Below are positions 46,901-58,995 of a stretch of 64,000 nt of DNA, one piece after another (position 1 is the first letter of the stretch; the number at the start of each line of letters is the position of its first letter). The stretch spans positions 1,550,001 to 1,614,000 of the forward strand of contig MU008170.1 in NCBI GenBank assembly GCA_010909165.1, written 5' to 3'. Source of the DNA: Anthoceros angustus (taxonomy: Eukaryota; Plantae; Anthocerotophyta). The translations under genes were made by a program, and so were the position numbers. The notes under the pieces were generated by a model, which saw only the letters and a program-made list of their open reading frames with translations, was not told the DNA's origin and did no database searches.

Positions 46901-49344
46901 AGAAAGAAGATGCAAGGAATTGGCGGTAGGAGCTAATTAGGAAGTCCACTTCCAGACGCGCACTCGTGTTGCCATTAAAGAAGGATGAAAATGGCGAATG
47001 GAAAGACAGGAGGATGTGTGGGGACTATCGTGCTCTGAATGAGGTGACGCCTATGGAACGATACCCTATGCCCACGCCGGATGAAATTTTCGATGCCATC
47101 GGGCAGGCCAAGTATTTCACTACGTTGGATTTCCGATCAGGCTTCAATCAAATTGTCATCGAAGAGAGAGACAAGTGCAAGACAGCCTGGGCAAAGACCA
47201 ACTTTGGGAATGGGAAGCGATGCGTTTGGTCTAAAGAACGTCTATATACTTTCGGAGGGTGGGCGATTTGGAGTCGGGGCTGCGTTTGTCGATGCTACAT
47301 CGATGACATCTTGGTGTTTAGCAACAGCTGAAGAACATCTCCGGAGATTCATTGCGAAGGTTGGCCGATCGGGATTAAAGGCACATCCAAAAATGCAAGT
47401 TCGCATATAAGGAAATAGAATACTTGGGACACAAGATAGTTCCGGGAGGGTGCTGCCTCGGTTGGCTAAGGTGCAATTGATCTAATGCCTCGACCCGAGG
47501 CGTCATTGCGTTGAGGGCATTCTTGGGCGGTCAACTACTATCGCCGCTTTGTCCGCAACATGAGTAGTGTGTGCAAAGCCGTATGAATTGCTCAAGAAGG
47601 AGTGCCACGGCAATGGGAACAAGAGCAAGAACAAGCTTGGCGATTGAAGAACCGGTGGCGGAAGGCCAATGTTAAAAGGCGACTTTGAGAAGCCTTTTGT
47701 CTTGCACACGGATTGAGTGCGGTCTTGGGGTGCTAGCTCAACAAAGCAGGAGGCGAGAAATCGCATCATGATAGGTCCAACAATGCCGCGGAGGCAAACT
47801 ACTCGTCATATGAAGGGAATGCGGCGGCCGTTTGGGCGGTTTACATTTCAGTATATTTGTTTGGTCGGAGCTTTTGATTGATCACGGATCGCCCCTGATG
47901 ACAAACATGAAATTGAGCGGAAACTTGCCGGATGGGCGCTTTTGCTTTAAAGTACGATATGATTGTGCATCGGCGGGCAAAGTGCATCTCAATGCCGACG
48001 GACTCGGCGGGGAACCCGGTGTGCGACAAAGGTGATGCGTGGAGCAAGGCAGACTTTGGATCCACTCAAGGCATGCCTGATTACATGGCCCTTATGTCCA
48101 TAGAGCAAGAAGATGGAAGGCATCGTGAGGAGGAGAGATATCTGGCGAGAATGAGCAAGCCATACACTCTGCGGGAAGGATGATCCTCGTATGGATCCTC
48201 GGCCCTACAGTTACAGATCGGTCGTTACACCTATGAAAGCGGCAAAGTATGGGTGACGGATCGTGGAGTACTCAAGGAGGTACCACCCATAGGGAGAGGA
48301 AGCAATTGGCAACCAAGGTGCACATCACGCTTGGACACTTTGGGGTAAAGCACGCATCACATGTTGAAGAACGCCTACTTTTGGTCGTGGATGTATGCAG
48401 ATGTTGAAAAGGTGGTGGCCAAGTGTGCGCGTGTGATGCGATTAAGGCCGAGTTCAACGGCCGGGATGTGGTGCACTCACGCCCATCGAGGACTCTTCTT
48501 CGATGGTCATCGACTTGATGCACGAGCTACCAATCACCAAGCAGGCAATGTATAATCGCATGTTGATGATCGAGCATTTTTCAAAATGGGTGGAATTGGC
48601 CTTCCGCCGCTTAGAAGTTCGCAGATACCGCCCGAGCATTCGCAATGTGTTCTCGCAGATATGGTAGTTCTTGGAAGTGCTAGACCAAGGCAATGAGTTT
48701 CGAGGAGAGTTTCAGCGTTGATGGATCGAGCGATAGATCAGCGAACCTCGAGATCACCCTCGGTGATGGGTGGCGGAGCGATTAGTGCACTTTCAAGGAT
48801 TCGCGGAAATATTGCATGGAGATCGAGCCGATTGTTGGGATGAGCTATTGCCTTATGTGGCTCGGATACCGAATCGGCGTGCAAGCCGCTCTTGGCAACT
48901 TCAGTCCGTATTACATCATGTTTGGCGAAGCAGTCATGCCAAACATAGTGAACACTTACTCGGGCCGTGGGTGGGCACGGGACCCCGAAGGATGTCTTTG
49001 AATTGCAAGCAAGAGCCGAGTTATTTCAACGTGTGATCTGATGGCCATGGACAACCTAGCTATAGCCCAACAGGATCGCTTGGTATCGTTTACGAGGAGG
49101 TTCGTGGAAACCAAAGCAAGGAAGTTTGAGGTGGGTGACTTTGTTTATCTGCGGCATCGACCCTCAACCACTTTGGACGTAAGCACGGGCGCTTGATTTT
49201 GCGAGTGGTACACGTCGGTGAACAAGGGGTGATTGAGTTGGAAGGACAGGATGGGCGAAGGTGTAAGAGCACATGCGGCATTTGGCCCCATGCCATCCCA
49301 ATCTTGACACAAGGACACAACCGCAAGCATGGAGACCACCGATT

Positions 49345-49490
49345 GATCTACCTTGTGGGTTCTGCGGCCGTGTCTACGATTCGGAATTAATGCTACTTGC
49401 GACAAATGCAACGCAGGTACCATGTCTTTTGCCTCGACCGCTCAAAACAATTCCGTAAGGCGATTGGTTTTGCCACCGCACACCTCAAGC
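49345..49490 (+). other. PHD finger (C4HC3) at the integrase C-terminus
   Basis: With single-base corrections it reads LPCGFCGRVYDSELMLL(C)DKCNAG(Y)HVFCL..PLKTIP.GDWFC..(C). Confidence 0.8.
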
Positions 49491-49599
49491 GAACCAAGTA
49501 GCTGGGGGCCAAGCGGCGGCTCATGAATGACGCAGACTCGGCCCAATAGGGGCAACAAGGCGCGGAGCCCGTTCACATGTCGCGCAGGCGACCACGCGT

Positions 49600-50855
49600 A
49601 GGTGTAGAGTAAGATAGGGGGTAATAACAAATCACGGATGTTTGGAGCCCTAAAGCGGCAGGTCATGAGTGCTCAAGGCAAAGAAGCTAGGGGCCGGGCA
49701 GGCGGTGTGAGCAAGGAAGATCGCACACGCACTTGTGAGGCAACCTTGGGAGTCGTGCGTCACGGCAGGTCGGACCTACCTCACGGGATGCACGAGGCGG
49801 TGGGTGATCACCAGCATGGCCGTGAGCGCAAAGACGACCGAGTGGTGCATCCGTGTCGTGAGGGTCGATCCTGGCGTCCAGGTGCATCCGGTGATTGGTG
49901 TTTGCAACCCATGAACTAAAATCGCTCTTGGTTTGTGGTCTTGTGACCGTGAAAGGGCCGAGTCGCCATCACACGACGCTCCCGCCGCCTCGCGATTCTG
50001 TCAGGACGACTGTCACGGTGGGCGATTGGAGGGCCGAGTGGTGTCGTGAAGGATCAAGCTCGATTGATGTGCATCGCCCGGGTGGATGCGTGACACCGCG
50101 ATTCGCGGTAAGGAGTCTGTGGTGTGGTGCTAAGGTGGTCCTATGATGGATTTGGAAGCAGATCATACACCGCAAAACACCGCATGCACATCCGCAGTGC
50201 CCCAATTCCACGAGAGGCCGTGGAAGATAAGTGGCGCACTCCTTTGGTGCGCAAGTACCACAGCAAGCGGCGGAACGTTCACGGAATTACAGGCGTTCTT
50301 GTTATCGTGGAGTCTCATCATGAGACATGCAATGTTGAGAATTTTCCATATGACCACGAGGACTTGTTGAACTTGCGGAAGGGGATGAGCAGGCAATCGT
50401 TTGTGTGGACTAGCTTTTGTGAAGGAGCGTTTCGTAAGTTAGAACATCACCTCTTTATGCATCAAGTTTTTGATCATTGGCCTAAGGAGGGGTTTTTGAT
50501 GTATAGACAGCAGGAGAAACCGGCAGACTTGCGGAGTCTGAAGGTGTGGCTTAGCCATTTGCATCGCGAAAAAGCAGGACGATATGCCATCGGCTATCCA
50601 AGAGCTTTTTATCGCCTATTTGCTTGTCTGCGGACAGGAATTTTGGAGTGGGATGAGCCCACAACCGAGTGCTGGTACTTGCTGAACAACAACGTGGGTG
50701 AATATTTGCGCACGCAATGCATCGACAAACAGTACTACGTGAATGGGTTGAATGGACCACAGATGGCCAGAGTCAAGACAGAGCTTGACGGTGATGAGGA
50801 AGAGGAGCTAATGGCTCGACGCCGAGCGAGCAGCGATTGGGAAAAGCGCAAGTAG
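49600..50855 (+). CDS. Extra ORF of unknown function between pol and the right terminal repeats
   Basis: 243-aa open frame 50124-50855 with protein-like composition, preceded by frameshifted protein-like frames (TYLTGCTRRWVITSMAVSAKTTEWCIRVV). No family recognised. Confidence 0.45.
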
Positions 50856-51015
50856 ATGAGTACTTTGATCACGAAGAACGGCGAGTGGCGGCGCTCGCCT
50901 GACGGCGACCCTCCGAACCCGGCCGGGACAATGTTTGACAGTTCTCTGAAGATTTTATGGGATATGAAAATGCCCAAAGTCTTTGCCGTGACGGTGGCGA
51001 CTTCTGCTGGCGGGG

Positions 51016-51729
51016 GCCATTGGCGATTCGAGTTTTGTGGCTTTGATTAATCGATGCTTGTGCAAACACTTAACAAAGTGCGGTTTATGGTCATTACACT
51101 CCGCACTAGTTACAGTCATCAACTTCATGTCACGGCGGCGGCTGTAGCGGTATCATGACATCTGATGTGATAACTTGTGAGTGGACATGTTGATTAGCTA
51201 GGATGTGCATGAGCATGGCATGCATGCCCATCTCAGAGGCATGCACACACAAGCATCGCGATAACCATGTGTGTGACCTGCGGAGGCCCGTGAATCGCGT
51301 AAGCAACGGGTGACGGACCGTCTTTGGGCGGCGTCACGGCGGAATTATGGCGCGCCATGGACGGCGATCCTCTTGGGCGTCAAGGCGCACCGCGCTGCTG
51401 TGATCGGCGGGAAGGCGCGCCAAGCATTTAAGCGATATAAAGTAAACCAATCCGCGGTGGCAAGCGGATTCGATGTTGTTCTTAGCAGGTACGAATCCCA
51501 ATGAAGAAGGGTGCGGAGTTCGCTGACAATCACGGCTCCGGGAGGTGCGGGTGGATGGGCTTAGGCCCGATTGAAGGCAATTTTGCCATTGGCGATTCGA
51601 GTTTTGTGGCTTTGATTAATCACGATCTTGTGCAAACACTTAACTTAAGTGCGGTTTATGGTCATTACACTCCGCACTAGTTACAGGTCATCACTGTGTC
51701 CTGACAGCTATGCGGCTCGTAGCGCGACA
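51016..51729 (+). repeat. Right terminal repeats B1 (51016-51150), A2 (51151-51586), B2 (51585-51729)
   Basis: gccattggcgattcgagttttgtggctttgattaat...cactagttacag(g)tcatca...gcggct(c)gtagcg occurs at 51016 and again at 51585, flanking the A2 copy. Confidence 0.88.
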
Positions 51730-52976
51730 TACCTACATATCACTTTAGAAGAAAAATCGATTTGGCAAGCATTCTCCACCATTCTTGAAAGCAACATAGA
51801 CCACCATGATGAGAGAATTGGGCTGGGTATGTATATATACACAGATAGGAAGGGCCACAATTATGATTCTTGAGCAACCTTGCTCACCTCACCATGGCAG
51901 CATCACAAACATTCGCAGCAAAAATTAGCTTTTGAGAGAGACCTATAGCACACTCTTCAAATTTAGAAACCTATAAATGGCTCTTCCCAAGCAGCCAGAG
52001 GATGCTACAAGTTTGAGGCTGCCGGCCCAGTGAGACATCCGGAACTGCTGGAGCGCCCCCCTTACCCTAGGATTACAGATTGGGCAGAGGTACCGTCCTG
52101 ACTTGTGGGCACACTTAAACCATGTTAGAATCTCAAGGAATCTTGAGGACCACACATTTCAACGGGTTTCCATGGTTTTCGCATTCATCGTGAATAACAG
52201 GTTTGCCCCTTGCAGAATTGTGTACACGATGGGTCGATGTGTCTCTAGAAGGGATAGAGATGGATGAATGTTTCCTCTAAATTTGTACATATCTTAGACC
52301 CTTGTTCGCATGTTTGCTCAAAGGTCATTGAGAAAAATTCTATGTAAAATAAATCCGGAAGCCCAAATGTCCTTGAACTTGAAACGTTCCTATGCACTTC
52401 TTCTCGTTCACTTCCAGTTATTTTTTACTTAGTATATTTAGCTTAACCATTATGCTTGCATAACTATGCTATTCTCTTATAATTTAGCTTAGACTATCAT
52501 GTAAGCGGGAACTTTACTTTTCTCCTAATTACTTGAACTTTACTTTTCTCTTTGTGTGTCCAAATGGCTTAGGCCAAATGGACACACATTAACATTGTGA
52601 TTAAGCATCCTGAGCTTAGATCGGGAGCCTAAAGGGAGTGGATACCCTTGGTGCAAGTAGCTTAGGCACACCATGGTACAAGTTGTTAAGTACCAATTCC
52701 CATGACGGAAATCTGTCCTCATTGGACTTAAATAAAATTCTTCTTCTTCTTCTTCTTCGATATATGTGAGACTAGACCATGAGAAAGTATACATAATATA
52801 TAACTAATTCTAGATGAGAGTATTTATATTATTCTTTTTTTAGTTCTACTGGTATTTTTATTTTGACATTTTTTATATTTTATTATTAATCTTAATACAG
52901 ATAGTGATTCATATTCCCTTTAAATCTTTCATTTTCTCTATTCTCTCATTTATATTTTACTTTTTATAATTTATTA

Positions 52977-54101
52977 TGACTGATGATGCTACTCCCATTG
53001 ACATGGGTGGACAGATTCCTAGAATTGTTTGCCCACACTGATTTGCACCTGGAAGGTGCCAACCAACTGGAGGCTGGGGAGATCCCTTCCTTACCTTGGA
53101 CGTTCTTCCAGGCTGCTCACCCTTCCATAATGACGTCTAAGTACACCTTAGAGTTAGAAGACATCGTCGATATAATCATAGAAGTCAAGCGAAGGAGACC
53201 TCAGCCACAGCCTCCCATCATGGCTGATTTGCAGAGGATGATGACAACTGTGGTAGCGGCAGCACCACCAGCCTCAAGGCACAACAAAATAGCGCGAACA
53301 GCTGGGAATGAAGATGTCAAGCAGGAGGTCCACACAGGACATATCACGGAGTGCATTGGCATTCTAGGACCAAGACGTATGATGTGCAACTCTATGTATC
53401 GGACATGCAGGGTGAAGGCTCTCAGAAGAAGCTGCTTCATTTGGGGCAGTTCAAGGAGGAGACTGTGGCAACCCTAGTTTGGGACTTGGTTCAGATCAAG
53501 CTGTTTTTATGTGGATAGAAGCAAGCAAGAAAAGTGAAACTCAACTTCACACAACCTGCACACTTACAGATATACCTAGAACGCCTGCAACAGCCAGAAT
53601 GGGTGGCCATCACAGATTGGCGCGAAGTAGGAGGCTATGTGAGGCTGGAAGGAAGTTCAAGAAAAAGGCAAAGTCATCCCCCGGCATGTATGCGGTGGCC
53701 TTCCACACGGTGTGTATATGAAGGGGAGAAGAGATAAAACAAATGCGGATGTGCCTGAACGAGCTTCTGGATACACCCAATACGAGGCTTACGTGTGCGA
53801 CATCAATCAGGGGATAACGGAGGTGTTTCGGCAAATGCAGAATATGGAGGTGGCAGGCTGTTCGAACATGAGAAGCCTCCATTGCTGGGATAGTGCAGAG
53901 GAAGCTGGACAAGCGTGTGATCGAGAAGTGGTCAGAATGGGGTTGTATGATACCGGGTTGAATCACCCGCTCACAGATTATTTCGTTGAGCTCCAGGCTT
54001 CACAAAAGTTCCAGCAAGAGGTGGCTTCACTCTACGGGCAGTTGAGAAATGGGGTCATGGCTATGCGACGCGCACTTGAAGACGCATTTGATTCAACATA
54101 G
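52977..54101 (+). pseudogene. Frameshifted orphan ORF (~370 codons) between AT-rich flanks
   Basis: Consecutive protein-like + strand frames (52983-53477, 53534-53737, 53712-54101) in a ~48% GC island with very AT-rich borders. No family recognised. Confidence 0.35.
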
Positions 54102-55148
54102 CCATGATGTCAATGTTACATGAAATGTAATTAATAATTATAAATAAAATAATTATTATTTAAAATATAGATATAGTGGCCTACGCCTACGGGTTACTCC
54201 CGACAAAAATCTCAGTGGATGTATACTTCGAAATATCTATAAAGTCTATGAAATAGGTAATAAAAAAAAAGATATCGTGGCTTGAATGAATGATACCTAC
54301 GCAGTCCCGGTCACCAACCGGTTGGAGAGGACTTACACGAGTCTCCGTCTTTACTCTTTACTCCTCTCGCTGGCGCGCGTTTAGTGCATCTGCCAGCAGC
54401 ATCAGCAGCGGCAGCCCGGCACGAGCTGGAGTAGGAGAAGAGCAGCAGCGTTGTTTCCTCGAAGTCTCGGCCAGTTCTGCTGGCAGCATTCGCAGGCGTA
54501 GGCTAACGGCCCGCTTTGGGTACCTTGAGGCACTGTATTGCATTGCGCGAGGAATCGGGAAGGCAAGCCTGCCTTGGAATTCTGCTTCAATTGCCTGCTC
54601 CAGGCTGATTTCCGACTGCTCAATTGCAATGGAGGAGGCCCAGATGGAAATCGCGGTCCTCTCAACTCTTGTTTTAACCGGTGCCAGGGCCTGCGTCACT
54701 GGCTACAATGGTGGCTGAGAACCGCGATGTTGGGCTGGCCTATGCGCTCTCCGTGCAAGGGTTGCTGCAAGGGGGAGTAGTGAAGGTTGCATGGATTCCT
54801 GCTATCATTCTCTGCCAGTTAGACTACGCGGATGCCAGCTGAGGGTGATCTTGGAGCTAGTGGAACTGAGGGGGCTGGGGGAAGTGCAATTTTTGCTTCG
54901 CTTCGTAGTGGGCTGCTCTGAGTTTGCCAAATTGTCCTATATTTTGTTGCGCCCTTGGTTCTTGCGGGGTGATCGGGTCTGGGTGTCTTGAGGGCGGTAA
55001 ATGCATTTTCGGGATTGGCCTGTCCCGGTGAGGAAGGGGGCTCAGAAGTTTTTTTTCTGTGGCCGAGCTCTGCGATGCTTCATGTTACCGCATTTTCGGT
55101 CCCGGTTTGTGCGGCCTAGTGGCCACTCGGAGGATCTTCTGGGAAGCG

Positions 55149-58100
55149 ATGGCTGTCAAGTCGCAGATGAGGCTGGTGGCGATGGCGGGGATGGTGTTGT
55201 CTCTGCTCTCGCTGGCCGCTCACTTTTTGCTTGCGCGATTCTCCACTGTTGAGCAGCCACAGCCTCAAGCTGAGAGCAACTTCCATGCCATGATAAACTT
55301 GCGTGAATTGACTCATATCCGTCGGGAGGTTAACTCGGTGAGTCGTCTTCTGCTTGTCAGCTTTGTCGATGTACGTCCTTTTCTTTCGCTATCGCCATTT
55401 TGTCATGGGGGAGCTAAGGTTGAAGTTCGTGGGCGATGGTTGGCAGTCGAGCATTTTCTGTGTGATGTGGGAATGTAATCGCAGGGAAAAGATGGGTGCT
55501 AGTTTTGATTGCTTTTTGTTTCATAGAGGTCGAGTTGTGCTACAGCCTCTGAAACTGAAGCTTGGTCTTGTAATCTTGTTTGAGTAGACTTCGCAAGCAT
55601 CACGGTTCGGGAAAGTATGGGATCATGTGAAGGCATTGCGAAGTTTGCATCCACATGCAGGTCCACGAGAGTATTATCCTCGTAAGTAAACGCAGACTCT
55701 TTGTATTGAGAAATTTCTGCAGTGCAGCTATTTGGGTCATTTGGAAACAACCGCTCCTTTCTGATAAGTCTCCATGTCTGCATTGGGTGGGATTTGTAGC
55801 GCCAAGCTGGCCTGGTGATGGATATATCTTTGCTGAGATCAAAGGAGACTTTCATAATATTAGGTCTTCTGTAAGTTTCTTTTTGTGTGTTTGTGTTATC
55901 AGCCGGTGATTGCTGTAGCTGGAAGAAAACAGCTGTGCAGTCGATTTCACACATCTCCATCGCTGCAGATCTGCGATCTAGTTGCAATAGCGAGACTGCT
56001 GAATGCCAGTCTTGTCATTCCATCCTTGCGGGCAGTGAGTTCTGCGAAAGGGATCAGGTTTGTGTTCTTTTGTTGTACAGCTGCTGCTACCTGACTACCG
56101 GAATTAAGACAATCAGATGACAGTGCTGTATGGCTGTGTTTTTGTCTGTTGTGCTGAAACGTTTTTCATTTGCATCATGTCAGCAATTTGTACAGAGGCT
56201 TCAGTTACCTGTACGATGAGCAGCACTTTATCGCTGCTCTTGCTGAGGATGTTCGGGTTGTGAAAAAGCTTCCAAAGAACCTCAGAACAGCAAAGAAGAA
56301 CAAGCTTCTCCCCATCAAAAGCTCTCCGAGTGGAGCCTCCCCAGAATTTTATGTCGAGGAGGTGCTCCCACAGATGAAAGAGAAAGGTGCAATCGGCCTG
56401 CTGATACATGAAGGAGGAGGTCTACAGGTGCTTGTTTGATAATGTTTTTCAATCCGAATTTTATGACATGAACTGCAGTGTGTGATTCACATCTTCATTC
56501 TGTCAGAGCAGAGTGTGTTGCCTGCTGAACTAGCTGAATATCAACGACTAAGGTGTCGAGTGGCATTTCATGCTCTACGTTTCCGGCAAGAGATTCATGA
56601 ATTGGGACTGAAGATGGTCAGCAGGTATAGGGTAACTGTGACCAAGGTCAAAGTGCTTCTTTTCCAGCTAGTCGTGGAAGCTTGCTTCATTGATAAACGT
56701 CCATGGCAGGCTACAAGCAAGGAGACAACCGTACCTGGCAGTTCATGCTGGTCTGGAGAGAGACACTTTGGCGTTTCATGGCTGTGCAGAGTGCTTCCAG
56801 GTAAAGTTGCTTCGTACAAGTTTCAGATACTTCCGTCATCATTGGGATGAGAATGCTGTAGAGACTTCTAGCATGCGACCGTATCTGATGTGCATCACCA
56901 GGTTCCTCAGGGATCAGCGATTCCGTGTTGCTTTTTCAGAGGCCTTTCAGCCTACAGAATTCTCACGGGCCAGCTGTTTTCATTCTCAACAGGACGTCCA
57001 CACGGAGAGCATCCAGAATAAGAGGGCTCTTATGATAAAAGAAGGTGTTGTGAAGGGGGAGCTAAATATTGATTCTGAAAAGCAGAGGGCGGAAGGCTTG
57101 TGTCCCCTCTTCCCTGAGGAGGTAAAAAATTGCATGTACTCTCTTACATTGATGTACTTAATGGAAATTGTGTTTTTCTATTGTGTCCAATGGAAATTGC
57201 TTGATGTCTTACACATCGGTCACCAGATTGGTGTCCTTCTTCGAGCTCTGGGCTATGGCAAGGATACTCTGATTTACGTTTCAGGAACAGAAATTTTTGG
57301 TGGTCAAAGGATGCTTCTACCTTTGCGATCCATGTTCCACCACCTTGAAGATCTTACCACCGTCACCACAGATGAGGAGGTGCTAAGTGTCTTTGGCCCA
57401 GAGGAGCCTATAGAATCTCCTCCGCCACCTCCACCAGATGATCCAGAGGAGCTGGAGAGACTTAGGCTTGACGCATGGGCGAAAGCAGGACCCAGACCGA
57501 GACCCTTACCTCCTCCTGCCGGAAGGCCCAAATTGCCTCATGAAGTTGAAGGGTGGTGGGGCTGGATTGGAGAATCTGACAAAGAGCCTGTGCCAACGAG
57601 AAAGGAGACGAGGGAACAAGGTCACAGGTTATTGCTGGCAGCGTTAGACTACATTGTTTCTGTTGAGGCAGATGCGTTCTTTCCTGCATTTGATGCAGAC
57701 AAGTCTGACCGGCCAAATTTTGCGAGCTTAGTGATGGGGCATCGGGCGTACGCAATAGCTGCACAGAAGACTTTTCGGCCCGACAGGTTACCACATGACA
57801 CTTGGACATGGGTTATGAGAAACTTTGATTTGTAGCAAGAGTCTCCTGCACAGCCTAACATATCTGTTCCAATGGTTGCGGTGTTCAGGAAAGTCATGGT
57901 GAAGTATCTGGATGAGATTCGGGAAAGGCTCTATAACCCTGGGCGGGGTTGGGTTCTGGCGGTTCGAGAAGCTCTGAACATGTCCCTAGGTGCTGAAGGC
58001 CTTGCAAGACATTCCCTCTTTTCCAAGCCCCGTTCTTTCATCTCTCATCCACTTCCTGAATGTGTCTGTCGTAGTGCGTCGAAGGCAAATTTGTCGCTTA

Positions 58101-58345
58101 TCTATTCCCAGAAAGATGATAGTGGCAGGGTTTTGTATGGGGATGAGGAGCTGTGTCCGGAGTGGATGAAGCATGAGACTCTGCTTCAGCCCATCACGAC
58201 TGAACGGCAGAGAGAAGATGACCTTGACTATCTAGAGGAATTAGTTTACCCAGTCACCGAAGACCGTGACCCGGAAGTCTTATCAGGGGAGAGTGAAAAA
58301 GATGAAGATGATGCAGACCAGGATATGGAGTTGGAGGAGGATTGA
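55149..58345 (+). CDS. EDA30: O-fucosyltransferase family protein (GT106), EDA30/OFUT27-like; multi-exon
   Basis: N-terminal anchor MAVKSQMRLVAMAGMVLSLLSLAAHF; GYIFAEIKGDFHNIRSS|ICDLVAIARLLNASLVIP; CRVAFHALRFRQEI; CPLFPEEV; IYVSGTEIFGGQRMLLPLRSMF; subfamily insert PRPLPPPAGRPKLPHEVEGWWGWIGESD; ALDYIVSVEADAF; NFASLVMGHR...KTFRPDR. GT-AG introns of ~80-250 bp. Confidence 0.88.
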
Positions 58346-58995
58346 TGTGAATGCTCGGATTTCAAAGCCAGGAACAATGCAGTTCATTCTGCCCCCTTAT
58401 TGCGGGCTGTATCCTTGCAACTGAATGGCCACCAGCTTCTTCTGCCTCCAGATCCTTGGGCTCTAGCGCTTGAGGTGTCCAACTGCCAGCAACTAAGCCC
58501 GTTCACCAGGCAGCCATACTTCATGATTTTCCTCAGCGAATGGACAGAAATATTTGAGCTGAGGAATGGACAGAGATATTTGAGTTTTCCCAGCTCATCG
58601 GGATACTTCAATTCTTTTGCACCGTTATTGTGAAGAAGTGGGCAAATGTGTTGAGAGCGCCTGTAGTCCGGCGTACTCTCGACTTGTGGAAAGCGCACCG
58701 GATTCCTGCACAGTACACAGTTTTGTGCTCCGCGTCGGAGCATGTGGAAGCAGGGCACGATTTTTAAACAGTCGTAAAAGGGGTTCATGCCAACACAAGA
58801 ATCGAAGGCTCAGTCCCAACAAAAGCTTCATAACAGCACCGCGTCCGTGAGAGGGAGAGGACCTACGGGGGCCGACTACTTCGCATCCTTGATCTTTTTA
58901 TTTTAAAAAGTAATCCATGACACTTATTTCGGTACACTCGGATCTATCGCTGTTCAACTGCTATCAGGGAACTAAGAGCATGGAGATAACCAGCA

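Larger units (their letters stand above)
41886..51729 (+). mobile_element. Ty3/gypsy retrotransposon encoding a DNMT3-like cytosine-5 DNA methyltransferase and a PHD finger
   Basis: Gag CCHC CRTCAKTGHTERR (43613); protease HVLVDTG (44223); MTase 44870-45930; RT LPLKKD..RRMCGDYRALN...YIDD (46966-47320); RNase H PFVLHTD (~47690); integrase H-H-C-C/core/GPF (48320-49150); PHD (49345-49490). Terminal direct repeats; outer ends TGTC...GACA. Confidence 0.9.

Noticed and set aside
49500-51000. Tyrosine recombinase, expected if the split repeats meant a DIRS/PAT/Ngaro element
   Set aside because: No R...HxxR...Y (e.g. HSFRIG/GRW) signature was found in any frame, and the element has a DDE-type gypsy integrase.
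54358-54790. Minus-strand gene divergent from the O-fucosyltransferase
   Set aside because: The transit-peptide-like start hits a stop after ~30 codons, and the downstream frame has no ATG or recognisable motif.
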